A stretch of 64,000 nt of DNA, taken from Terracidiphilus sp. Lineage in GTDB: Bacteria > Acidobacteriota > Terriglobia > Terriglobales > Acidobacteriaceae. Positions 41,577 to 50,135 of the stretch are shown here, one piece after another (the stretch's first letter is position 1; every line of letters begins with the position of its first letter). Location: assembly GCA_052147235.1 (NCBI GenBank), contig JBKQLG010000313.1, positions 82 to 64,081 of the forward strand, read 5' to 3'. The position numbers and the translations under genes were made by a program. The notes below the pieces were generated by a model. It searched no databases, was not told the origin of the DNA, and saw nothing but the letters and a program-made list of their open reading frames with translations.

Positions 41577-42872
41577 TTGCTGCTGGTGCCGCAGGGCTTC
41601 GCCGTGGACTGCGTGCGCTCGCCCCAACTGCTGCTGGAAGCTCTGGGCGAACGCGACTACGATGTGCTGCTGATCGACCTCAACTACACCCGCGACACCA
41701 CCTCCGGCCAGGAAGGCCTGAACCTGCTGGCTCGCATCCGGGAGTTCGACGCGCGGCTGCCAGTCATCGTGATGACCGCCTGGGGCAACATAAGCCTGGC
41801 CGTCGAAAGCATCAAGCGCGGCGCGCGCGACTTCATCCAGAAGCCCTGGGAGAACGAGCGGCTGCTCTCGCTGATCCGCGTCCACGCCGAGCTGCACCAG
41901 GCACTGCGCCGCGCCCGCCAGCTGGAGATGGAAAACCGCCTGTTGCGCTCCGAAGGGATGCCGGAGTTTGTCGCCGGCGCGCCCTCCATGCAGCCGGTCC
42001 TGGAATTGATCGCTCAGGTCGGCCCTTCCGACGCCAACGTTCTCATCACTGGCGAGCACGGCACGGGCAAAGAGATCGTCGCCAAACTGCTGCATGCCGC
42101 CTCGCAGCGCTCGCGCATGGCGCTGGTCGCGGTCAATGCCGGCGGATTGCCGGAGGGAACCTTCGAGAGCGAGATCTTCGGCCACGTGAAGGGCGCTTTC
42201 ACTGATGCCCGCAGCGACCGCATCGGACGCTTCGAGCTGGCCAACGGCGGATCGCTCTTTCTCGACGAGATCGCCAACGTCCCGCTGCGCCAGCAGGCCA
42301 AACTGCTGCGCGTTCTGGAGACGGGAGAACTGGAGCGCGTCGGCTCCTCGCAGACCCGCCGCGTCGATGTGCGCCTGCTCTCCGCCACCAACGCCGATTT
42401 GCACGCCGAGGCCAAGGCAGGCAACTTCCGCGAAGACCTGCTCTTCCGCATCAACACTGTGGAAATCCATCTGCCTGCCCTGCGCGACCGGCGCGAGGAC
42501 ATCCCGCTGCTGGCCCAGCACTTCCTGAGCCGCAACCGCGCGCGCTATCGCAAGCAGGTTGACGGCTTCTCGCCAGACGCGATGCAGCAGATGATGCAGT
42601 ATGCGTGGCCGGGCAACGTGCGCGAGCTGGAACACACGGTGGAGCGCGCCGTGCTGCTCTGCCGCGGCGGCGAGATCGAGCCGGTCAGCCTGGCCATCGC
42701 CCCCGCGCGCTCCCCCGCTACCTCGTATGAGAACATGAGTATCGACGAGGTCGAAGCCCTGCTCATCCGCAAGGTTCTGCGCCGCTGCGACGGCAACATC
42801 TCCAAGGCCGCCGAGGCGCTGGGCCTGAGCCGCGCAGCGCTCTATCGCCGCATCGAGAAATATGGGCTCTGA
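41577..42872 (+). CDS. sigma-54-dependent response regulator (NtrC/AtoC family: receiver + AAA+ + Fis-type HTH)
   Basis: Receiver residues (LLIDLNY, VIVMTAWG, FIQKPW). AAA+ Walker A GEHGTGKE, GAFTDA (the GAFTGA-type sigma-54 contact loop), Walker B LFLDEI. C-terminal HTH ISKAAEALGLSRAALYRRI. Receiver-like sequence continues upstream of the TTG at 41577 (see findings). Confidence 0.9.
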   Translation: MLLVPQGFAVDCVRSPQLLLEALGERDYDVLLIDLNYTRDTTSGQEGLNLLARIREFDARLPVIVMTAWGNISLAVESIKRGARDFIQKPWENERLLSLIRVHAELHQALRRARQLEMENRLLRSEGMPEFVAGAPSMQPVLELIAQVGPSDANVLITGEHGTGKEIVAKLLHAASQRSRMALVAVNAGGLPEGTFESEIFGHVKGAFTDARSDRIGRFELANGGSLFLDEIANVPLRQQAKLLRVLETGELERVGSSQTRRVDVRLLSATNADLHAEAKAGNFREDLLFRINTVEIHLPALRDRREDIPLLAQHFLSRNRARYRKQVDGFSPDAMQQMMQYAWPGNVRELEHTVERAVLLCRGGEIEPVSLAIAPARSPATSYENMSIDEVEALLIRKVLRRCDGNISKAAEALGLSRAALYRRIEKYGL

Positions 42873-44217
42873 GAGGAAGGCGCGCCGCGTCAGCTCGGCC
42901 ATCCGCCGGGTGTGGCGTTTCTGTCTGTTGCTGTCGCTGCCCGCGCTGATCTTTGTTGGCATCTTTCTCTACCAGCAGAAAATCTCTTTTGCTCCCGCGA
43001 TTCTGCTCATCGTCTGCCTGCTTCTCTATCTGCTGCTGGTGGCCGCGGCGCTGATCGAAGGCATGGTCCGGCCCTTGCAGACGCTCTCCAACGTCGTCGC
43101 TTCGCTGCGCGAGGGCGACTACTCCTTCCGCGCGCGCGGAGCCGGCTCTGAAGACGCGCTGGGCGAGCTGGCAACCGAGATCAACGCTCTCGCCGATCTG
43201 CTGCAAAAGCAGCGCGTCCGTTCGCTGGAGGCCACGGCTCTGCTGGCGCGCATCCTTGAAGTGATGCACACGCCTCTGTTTGCCTTTGACCGTCATGACC
43301 GGCTGCAACTGGCGAGCAATTCAGGCGCTCAGTTGCTGGGCAGGCCTCTGGCCCGCTGCTACAACCAGAGCGCGCGCGAACTCGGCCTGCAAGAGCTGCT
43401 GGCCGCGCCCGATCAGACCACTCACTCCTTCGGCGCAAAGCCTACGCGCTGGCTGCTGCGCAAAGCGGCCTTCCGCCAGGACGGCGCGCCCCATACACTG
43501 CTCCTGTTGGCCGATGTAAGCCTCCCGCTCCAGGAAGAAGAGCAGATGGCATGGAAGCGGCTGATCCGGGTTCTCGGCCATGAGCTTTCCAACTCGCTGG
43601 CTCCCATCAAATCCATTGCCGGCAGCTTGCTGGAGCGGGTGGATTCCCTGCCTGGCGACGAAGCAACGCTGCGCGACTTCCGCCGCGGCCTGGGCGTGGT
43701 GGAGAGCCGCGCCGACGCGCTGCATCGCTTTGTGCAGTCCTATCGAAAGCTCGCCCAGCTGCCCCCGCCACAGCTCCGGCCGGTTTCGCTTGGGCCGCTG
43801 CTGGAGCGAGTGGTGCATCTGGAACAGCGCCTGGCAATCCAGTATGAACCGGGAGCGCCGGTCGTGCTCAACGCCGATCCGGATCAGTTGGAGCAGATGT
43901 TCATCAACCTGCTGGCCAATGCCGTGGACGCTTCGCTTGCCAATGGCGCGCAGGGTGCGCGTGTCAGTTGGCGCGTGGCCGGCGGCGCAGCGCTGGTCTC
44001 GATAGAAGACCGCGGCCTGGGCATCGCCAACGCCGAAAATCTCTTCGTTCCCTTCTACACCACCAAGCCCGCCGGCAGCGGCGTTGGCTTGGCCCTGGCA
44101 CAGCAGATCGCCCGCGCCCACGGCGGCGAAATCCGCCTCCTCAATCGCGAAGACGGCCCCGGCGCGCGCGCCACCGTCCGCCTGCCAGCTGCGCAGAGTG
44201 AAGGGACGACGGAATAA
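42862..44217 (+). CDS. sensor histidine kinase (2 TM with a minimal loop, HAMP, PAS-like, HisKA, HATPase; NtrY/AtoS-like)
   Basis: Overlaps the regulator gene by 11 nt. TM1 and TM2 are separated only by about QQKISF. HAMP-like MVRPLQTLSNVVASLREGDYSF...ELATEINALADLL. H-box LGHELSNSLAPI. N/G boxes NLLANAVDA, DRGLGI, GSGVGLALAQQIA. Confidence 0.9.
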   Translation: MGSERKARRVSSAIRRVWRFCLLLSLPALIFVGIFLYQQKISFAPAILLIVCLLLYLLLVAAALIEGMVRPLQTLSNVVASLREGDYSFRARGAGSEDALGELATEINALADLLQKQRVRSLEATALLARILEVMHTPLFAFDRHDRLQLASNSGAQLLGRPLARCYNQSARELGLQELLAAPDQTTHSFGAKPTRWLLRKAAFRQDGAPHTLLLLADVSLPLQEEEQMAWKRLIRVLGHELSNSLAPIKSIAGSLLERVDSLPGDEATLRDFRRGLGVVESRADALHRFVQSYRKLAQLPPPQLRPVSLGPLLERVVHLEQRLAIQYEPGAPVVLNADPDQLEQMFINLLANAVDASLANGAQGARVSWRVAGGAALVSIEDRGLGIANAENLFVPFYTTKPAGSGVGLALAQQIARAHGGEIRLLNREDGPGARATVRLPAAQSEGTTE

Positions 44218-44318
44218 GCCGCCACTTCACCCCCAAACAACCACGCTTGCTATCATCGACACAGGCTCCCGGCAGCAATCTTCTCCCGGCGCAAACCCTG
44301 AGGTTTTGACTCGTCCCA

Positions 44319-45314
44319 ATGACTCACGCCACTCAGCCAGAATTCGTCGCGACCGCCACAGACAGCGCCCGGCAGGCCTTCGGTCCGGCGCACATTCACG
44401 CGCCCAGCCCCGGCGCAACGGCCACGCTCATCCACGACCTGCGCGAGCTCTTCAAGGTCAAGGTCGTCGGCCTGGTGCTGGTCACCGGCTGGGGCGGCTT
44501 TTATCTGGGCTCCATGCAGTCGGGCATCACCAGCATGCAGCGCGGCCTGCTCGACACGCTGCTTGGCATCGGCCTGGTCTCGGCTGGAGCCGGTGCGCTG
44601 AACGAGGCTCTGGAGCGCAAGATTGACGCGCGCATGAAGCGCACCGCCGACCGGCCAATGGCCGCGGGCCGCTTCTCTCTGCCGCAGGGCGTGCTGGCTG
44701 GCCTGGCTGCACTGGCGTTCGGCGCGGTGTGGCTGGCGCTCACCACCAACCTGCTCACCGTGGCGCTGGCGCTGCTGACGGCCTTCACGTACGTGGCCAT
44801 CTACACTCCTCTCAAACGCTTCACCGCGCTGGCCACCTTCATCGGCGCATTCCCCGGCGCGATGGGCCCCATGCTGGGCTGGACCGCCGCTCGCGGTCAG
44901 ATCGAATGGCCGGCCGTGGCCCTCTTCGCCATCCTCTTTGTCTGGCAGTTTCCACACTTCATGTCGATTGCCTGGCTCTACCGCGACGACTACGCCCGCG
45001 CCGGGATTCGCATGTTGCCGGTCGTCCAGCCCGACGGCTGGTCCACCGTGGCCGAGGCGCTCTTCTTTGCGGTCGTGATGATCCCCGTCAGCCTTGCGCC
45101 CTGGCTGTTGGGAATGGCCAACTTGACCTATGCGATTCTGGCCGGCGCGCTGGGCCTGTTTTACCTGGCCTACACCATCCGCTTCGCCCGCATCCTGCGC
45201 ATAAAGGATGAAGACCAAAGCCGCAGTATCGCCCGCGATCTCCTCAAAGTCAGCGTCCTCTATCTGCCCCTGCTCTTTACCGCGTTGATGCTCTGCGCCG
45301 TTGCGAAAGTCTAA
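44319..45314 (+). CDS. ctaB: protoheme IX farnesyltransferase (heme O synthase)
   Basis: UbiA-family prenyltransferase with the typical CtaB/CyoE motifs: NEALERKIDARMKRTADRPMAAGR, FIGAFPGAMGPMLGW, WQFPHFMSIAW. Confidence 0.9.
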   Translation: MTHATQPEFVATATDSARQAFGPAHIHAPSPGATATLIHDLRELFKVKVVGLVLVTGWGGFYLGSMQSGITSMQRGLLDTLLGIGLVSAGAGALNEALERKIDARMKRTADRPMAAGRFSLPQGVLAGLAALAFGAVWLALTTNLLTVALALLTAFTYVAIYTPLKRFTALATFIGAFPGAMGPMLGWTAARGQIEWPAVALFAILFVWQFPHFMSIAWLYRDDYARAGIRMLPVVQPDGWSTVAEALFFAVVMIPVSLAPWLLGMANLTYAILAGALGLFYLAYTIRFARILRIKDEDQSRSIARDLLKVSVLYLPLLFTALMLCAVAKV

Positions 45315-45321
45315 GGAAGCC

Positions 45322-45864
45322 ATGACGACCGAACTCCCATCGTCGAATACCCAATCCGCCATCGCCTTAATTCTTGCCGTCAGCGCGGCGGCTTGCCTAT
45401 TCATTTTGTGGCTGATCTATGTCCATCCGGCCGCGGCGTCCACTAGCCGGTACGCCTTTTTGCCCGCTCTGAATGCCACATTGAACGGCCTGAGCGCAAC
45501 GGCGCTGCTGATTGGTTACACCTTCATCAATGCACGACGCGTCAATGCGCATCGTGCGGCCATGATCTCGGCCTTCGCCTTCTCCAGCTTGTTTCTGATG
45601 AGCTATCTTCTGCATCACTACATGCACGCTGAAGTGAAATATCCAGCAAGCGGCAAACTAGGTCTCATTTATTACCCCCTGCTCATCAGTCACATTGTAT
45701 TGGCAGCCGTGGCGCTGCCGTTGATTCTGGTCACGTTTTTCTTTTCGCTTAGCGGGCGGATTCCGCAGCACCGCAAGGTCGCCCGCTGGACCTTCCCGCT
45801 CTGGCTCTACGTCTCCATCACTGGCGTGGTGACCTGGGCGATGTTGCGCCTCGCGCAAGGATAG
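45322..45864 (+). CDS. DUF420 membrane protein (CtaM-like, associated with heme-copper oxidase)
   Basis: The ATG at 45322 follows AAGGAAG. Four helices with LNATLNGLSATALLIGYTFI..RRV.AHR.AM..AFA.S.LFL.SYLLHH typical of DUF420. Adjacent to ctaB. Confidence 0.75.
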   Translation: MTTELPSSNTQSAIALILAVSAAACLFILWLIYVHPAAASTSRYAFLPALNATLNGLSATALLIGYTFINARRVNAHRAAMISAFAFSSLFLMSYLLHHYMHAEVKYPASGKLGLIYYPLLISHIVLAAVALPLILVTFFFSLSGRIPQHRKVARWTFPLWLYVSITGVVTWAMLRLAQG

Positions 45865-45872
45865 GAGCGACA

Positions 45873-46133
45873 ATGCCTACAGTCAACCCGAACCCGCCCA
45901 ATGACGGCACCCGCCAACTGCTGCAATGGGGCGCGTCGATGCTCGCAGCGGGGCTATTGGCCGTGATGCTGTTGCAAACCCTGCTGGGCGGCTACTCGCC
46001 CACCGGCGCCCACACCAACGCCGGCTGGTTCGCCCTGATCGTCGCGCTAATGTGCATTCCCTTTGGCGGCCTGCTGACGGCGCTGGGGGCGGCCAAGGCT
46101 CTGCGCAACCGCGCCAATTCCCGCAGACGCTGA
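45873..46133 (+). CDS. small hypothetical membrane protein (2 predicted helices)
   Basis: 86 aa. The ATG follows AGGAG. It has two hydrophobic segments and a basic tail. I did not recognise a family. Confidence 0.5.
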   Translation: MPTVNPNPPNDGTRQLLQWGASMLAAGLLAVMLLQTLLGGYSPTGAHTNAGWFALIVALMCIPFGGLLTALGAAKALRNRANSRRR

Positions 46134-46169
46134 TCGTCTGCTATGCTTTTCGATGACTGGAGAATCAAC

Positions 46170-46664
46170 ATGGCAAGAAGCATCAACAAAGTCACTCTCT
46201 TGGGAAATGTGGGCAAGGACCCGGAGATTCGCTCCACCCCCAGCGGCGTCATGGTCGCCAGCTTCGGCTTGGCCACCAGCGACCGCTACCAGGATGCGCA
46301 GGGCAACTGGCAGGACCGCACCGAATGGCACAACCTGAAAGCCTTCAAGCGCACCGCCGAGATCGTCCGCGACTACGTGAAGAAGGGCTCCAAGCTGTAC
46401 ATCGAGGGCAAGATTTCGACCAACAGTTGGGACGACAAGGAGACCGGCGTAAAGAAGTATCGCACCGAAATTCTCGTCAATGAGCTGGTGCTGCTCTCCG
46501 GCCGCGACGAAGGCTCGGGCGGCGCGAGCGCGGGCGGCTACAGCCGGCCGGCAAGCACATCGAGTTCGGCGGCCAGCTTTGACCAGCGCCCCCCGGCAGC
46601 CGCCGGAGCTCCGGACGATTACACCCAGCAAACCGAAATCTCCGACGACGATATACCGTTCTAA
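46170..46664 (+). CDS. ssb: single-stranded DNA-binding protein
   Basis: MARSINKVTLLGNVGKDPEIR...TEWH OB-fold, a Gly/Ser/Ala-rich linker and the acidic tip DDDIPF. Confidence 0.95.
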   Translation: MARSINKVTLLGNVGKDPEIRSTPSGVMVASFGLATSDRYQDAQGNWQDRTEWHNLKAFKRTAEIVRDYVKKGSKLYIEGKISTNSWDDKETGVKKYRTEILVNELVLLSGRDEGSGGASAGGYSRPASTSSSAASFDQRPPAAAGAPDDYTQQTEISDDDIPF

Positions 46665-46667
46665 CAA

Positions 46668-46717
46668 CAGTGGACAGCCGTCAGCGGAAAACTGACCACT
46701 GTTCACTGTCCACTGTC
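46668..46717. terminator. hairpin plus tandem heptamers between convergent genes (possible bidirectional terminator)
   Basis: CAGTGGACAG (46668-46677) pairs with CTGTCCACTG (46706-46715). The right arm lies in three tandem heptamers CACTGTT/CACTGTC/CACTGTC (46697-46717), which also encode the last residues and the stop of the minus-strand permease. There is no U-tract. Confidence 0.3.
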
Positions 46718-48454
46718 CTTCATCAGCGTGGCCAGCAGCGTGTCCCTGCGCTGGTTGGCGAGCCTGTCTACGTTGCCCAGCCCGCGCAGCCAGGCGAAGA
46801 CCGAGGCCCCGGCCAGTGCGAGAAAGACCGGCACGGCCATCCACGGAGAAGCAAAGAACCAGGACAGCCAGAAGACCGCCGCGCCCACAGCCATGATCAC
46901 CAGCATCAGCAGCATACTGGAGAGCGCGTTGGCCTGCGATCCGCGCTGCCGCGTCATCCGCCCCGGATTGATGCGAAAGGGCATTCTGAGCGAAAAGATG
47001 TTGCCCACGGCCAGGCAAAAGGGCAGGGCAAAGAGAATCCAGGCCGCTGTGGCCGCCACGGTCACGCCTTGCGGCCATCCCAGGCGCAGAGTAGTCAGAA
47101 TGCCGACCAACAGCGCATCCAGCCAGAAAAGCAGGAAATGAAAGAGATTTTTGGCCAGAAAAACGGTACGGATGGGCGTAGGAGAAAGAAACAGCAACTG
47201 AATACCCGCTCCCTCTGCGCCCAGATTGTTGGAAAACATCTGCGTGAAGCCCATCAGCGCGAAGGCGACGTAAAACGGCAGCGCGAATGAAAATGAATTC
47301 CCGGCGGCGTTGCTGCGATAGATGCTGGCCAGCACCAGCACCATCAACAGGGGCGCGCCTATCGCCCATAGCAGCGGCAATGTGCGCATTAAACTGCGCG
47401 CCTCCTTTTCCATCAGCGCGGCAATGGGGCTGGAACCGCCCAGCCGCCAGCCGCCCTCGCGCCGATCAAGAGTGGCTCGCACCGGGGAAGCCTTAGCCGA
47501 GCTCGTTTCCCTTCTTGGCGCCGAACCCAGGTTTTCGCCGCGATACTCGGCCCTCAAACGACGGGCCAGTACGCTCCCCGCGGCCAGCGCCCACATCCCC
47601 AGCACGCCCAGCGACGTCAATGCCCCCACAGGCTGCCGATTGCCGGCCTGCAGGAGCGCTTGCGCGGCCAGCCCTGGCGGCAGAGCCTGTTGCACGACGT
47701 TGGCAGTCTTTATCCAGGGCGCATACTCGGTCCTCATCCTGCGAAAATTCTCGACACGCTCCTGTGTAGTTTGCGGGTGCTGATGGCGCTTCTGGTGCAG
47801 CGCCGGATTCAGCAGTTGCAGGCTCAACAGGAAGATCATGAACAGCGCGCCCACAATCTCCCGCGTCTTGCGCTGCGAGAGCCAGCGGTCGATCCAGGCA
47901 AAGACGGCGCGCACCAGCAGGATGTTGAAGGCCGCAAAAGCCGTCAGCGACAGCGCCGTCCAGGCAAAGAGCTCCGGCCGCGCCATCGTAACGCCCGTCA
48001 AGATACCCAGGCAGCACATCGCGCCGATGATGGTGGAGATATCCGCCAGCCCAAAGACCACGTACAACAGATAGTACGATCTGAAGCGCACCGGGAAGCG
48101 CAGCAAGATGCCCAGATCAAACTGTTCCTGAAACGAGGCCAGCATCACCGGACCCACCTGCCAGAGAATGCACACCGCCCAAAAGACGGCCGGCAAGAAC
48201 TGCCACTTTTTATCGGAAGCCAGTGCATAAGCGCTCGCACCCATGATGGTGCCCAGCGCCAGCCCCATGAAGGCATAAACAACAAACGAGACGGTGCGCG
48301 CGCCCAGCTCAAACGCGCCTTGTTTGGTGCGCAGTCCGTTTACGAAGATATGCCAGCGCAGGGCGGCCATGGCTGCATACTGCGCCCGCGCCGTAGCGCT
48401 CAGCGCGCCCAGACTTTGGCTGGAGCCTGGGGCAACCCCATTCAAGCCAGCCAT
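46703..48454 (-). CDS. multi-pass ABC-2-type exporter permease (uncharacterised)
   Basis: About 583 aa from the ATG at 48454 (MAGLNGVAP...) with many hydrophobic helices. It overlaps the stop of the upstream ABC ATPase gene by 13 nt. Confidence 0.65.
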   Translation of the reverse strand: MAGLNGVAPGSSQSLGALSATARAQYAAMAALRWHIFVNGLRTKQGAFELGARTVSFVVYAFMGLALGTIMGASAYALASDKKWQFLPAVFWAVCILWQVGPVMLASFQEQFDLGILLRFPVRFRSYYLLYVVFGLADISTIIGAMCCLGILTGVTMARPELFAWTALSLTAFAAFNILLVRAVFAWIDRWLSQRKTREIVGALFMIFLLSLQLLNPALHQKRHQHPQTTQERVENFRRMRTEYAPWIKTANVVQQALPPGLAAQALLQAGNRQPVGALTSLGVLGMWALAAGSVLARRLRAEYRGENLGSAPRRETSSAKASPVRATLDRREGGWRLGGSSPIAALMEKEARSLMRTLPLLWAIGAPLLMVLVLASIYRSNAAGNSFSFALPFYVAFALMGFTQMFSNNLGAEGAGIQLLFLSPTPIRTVFLAKNLFHFLLFWLDALLVGILTTLRLGWPQGVTVAATAAWILFALPFCLAVGNIFSLRMPFRINPGRMTRQRGSQANALSSMLLMLVIMAVGAAVFWLSWFFASPWMAVPVFLALAGASVFAWLRGLGNVDRLANQRRDTLLATLMKDSGQ

Positions 48455-49239
48455 GACAGCTCCTGCGCCGGCTCCAGCCCGCCCGCGCCCACAATCGAGA
48501 GAAAGATCTCTTCGAGAGTCAGCCGCTGCTCCTTCTCGGCCTCCGGCTGTGTGGAAACCACTCCGGCGTGCAGTTCGGCCAGCGAGCCATTGGCCACCAG
48601 CCGGCCCTTGCTGATGATGGCCACATGGCTGCACAGTCGCTCCACAATCTCCAGCACGTGCGTGGTCAAAAAGATCGTCGCGCCGCGGTTGAGCATCCCC
48701 TGCAGCATACTCTTCAGCATCCCCGCCGCAATCGCGTCCACGCCCTCGAAGGGCTCGTCGAGAAAGAGCACCTTGGGCCCGTGAATTACCGCCGCGGCCA
48801 TGGCCAGCTTGCGCTGCATTCCGTGCGAGAAGTCGGTCACCAGCTTGCGGCTCTCATTGGCCAGTTGCATAAACTCCAACAGCTCCTGCGTACGCTGGCG
48901 CGTGGTCTCGCGGTCCAGCCCGTACATGCGGCCTACAAAATGCAGATATTCTAGAGCGGTCAGCCGGCCCAGCAGCGCCATTCCCTCCGGCACCACGCCA
49001 ATCTGCCGCTTCAGCTCCAGCGCGCCGGCCCCAAAGGGCTGGCCCAGAATTTCCACCGTCCCCGCCGTCGGCTCCAGCAACCCGGTGAGCATCTTGATGG
49101 TGGTGGACTTGCCCGCCCCGTTCGGCCCCAGAAAGCCGAAGAACTGCCCCTGGGCCACGCTCAGTGTGACATCCTCAACGGCCGCCAGCGCACCGAAGCG
49201 CCGGGTGAGGCCATGCGTTTGAATCGCCGCAATTTCCAT
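48442..49239 (-). CDS. ABC transporter ATP-binding protein (ABC-2/CcmA-like)
   Basis: Start MEIAAIQTHGLTRRFG. Walker A GPNGAGKST, signature the degenerate SHGMQRKLAMAAA, Walker B LFLDEPFEGVD, H-loop TTH. Confidence 0.9.
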   Translation of the reverse strand: MEIAAIQTHGLTRRFGALAAVEDVTLSVAQGQFFGFLGPNGAGKSTTIKMLTGLLEPTAGTVEILGQPFGAGALELKRQIGVVPEGMALLGRLTALEYLHFVGRMYGLDRETTRQRTQELLEFMQLANESRKLVTDFSHGMQRKLAMAAAVIHGPKVLFLDEPFEGVDAIAAGMLKSMLQGMLNRGATIFLTTHVLEIVERLCSHVAIISKGRLVANGSLAELHAGVVSTQPEAEKEQRLTLEEIFLSIVGAGGLEPAQELSWLA

Positions 49240-49421
49240 TTGCCAGCAAGCATAACAAGGTTGGCTGATAAAACAAAGCGGTTCGGCAACCCACGGCATG
49301 CGGAATACCATTTGCCGTTGCCAGGATCGACCGGCCCAGAAGAGGAATGGACCGTATTCGGGATAGGTTCCGATGCAATGAATTGCTCGGCAGACTAATC
49401 CGTGTGTGCTCGAGAACCCTT

Positions 49422-49997
49422 CTAATTCAGTCCCTCTCCATCGAGAATTTTCTGCATATTCTTTTCAATCCTTGACACACGGGTTATGGATTGCTTGGGC
49501 GCAGAAAAATAAAGAATGTAGGCTTTTTGCCGTCCTGGAGTCAAAGCATAAAATGCAGTTTTGAAGGCCGGATTTTCATCCAGTTTATTTTGAAGCTCTT
49601 CAGGTATTTTGTATTCCGAATGCTTTTTTAATATCACTTTCAAACCGGATTTTTCCACTTCAATAGCTTTATGAATGTAGGCTTTCAAGATGGCTTCCAT
49701 CTCAATGATTTCTTGAACACTGGTCAGCCGGATCAAACGCCCGGCTTGCGTATGCTCCCCAGGCCTTTTCAAAATCCCATGATCGTCCTTCAATAAGGCG
49801 CCTTTGAAAAACAATAGCGAGCAATATTCTTTGAATTTACCGATTAATACAACGTTTTTATTCTGAAACGTGTAACAAGGCTGACCCCATTTCAATTCTT
49901 CGGTCAGTTGGCAGTTAAGAATGATCCTCCTCAATTCCTCAGACTCTTCCCGCCACTTTTTGGTCTTACTCAAATGTTCATCAACCTTGGGATTCAT
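49422..49997 (-). CDS. YdeI/OmpD-associated family protein (DUF1801 + YdeI C-terminal region)
   Basis: MNPKVDEHLSKTKKWREE..LR.I.L...L.EE.KWG.PCYT...KNVV.I..FKEY..L.FFKGALL.D and C-terminal F..LTPG.QK.Y..YF..AKQ..TR..RI.K. Its base composition is markedly AT-rich relative to the flanks. Confidence 0.7.
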   Translation of the reverse strand: MNPKVDEHLSKTKKWREESEELRRIILNCQLTEELKWGQPCYTFQNKNVVLIGKFKEYCSLLFFKGALLKDDHGILKRPGEHTQAGRLIRLTSVQEIIEMEAILKAYIHKAIEVEKSGLKVILKKHSEYKIPEELQNKLDENPAFKTAFYALTPGRQKAYILYFSAPKQSITRVSRIEKNMQKILDGEGLN

Positions 49998-50135
49998 CCG
50001 GATTCTCCTTTTCGTCATCGGCTACGCGGCGATTCCTATCGCGAAAACACCCTCACTGCGCTAATGCCCTCATCAACATAGACGTTTCAGACAATCCGGG
50101 GATTCAGAATCATTCACCGCCGTCGGCAATACCGG

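Noticed and set aside
41517-42962. 481-aa minus-strand ORF
   Set aside because: It is antisense to the sigma-54 response-regulator gene, which has unambiguous receiver, AAA+ and HTH motifs.
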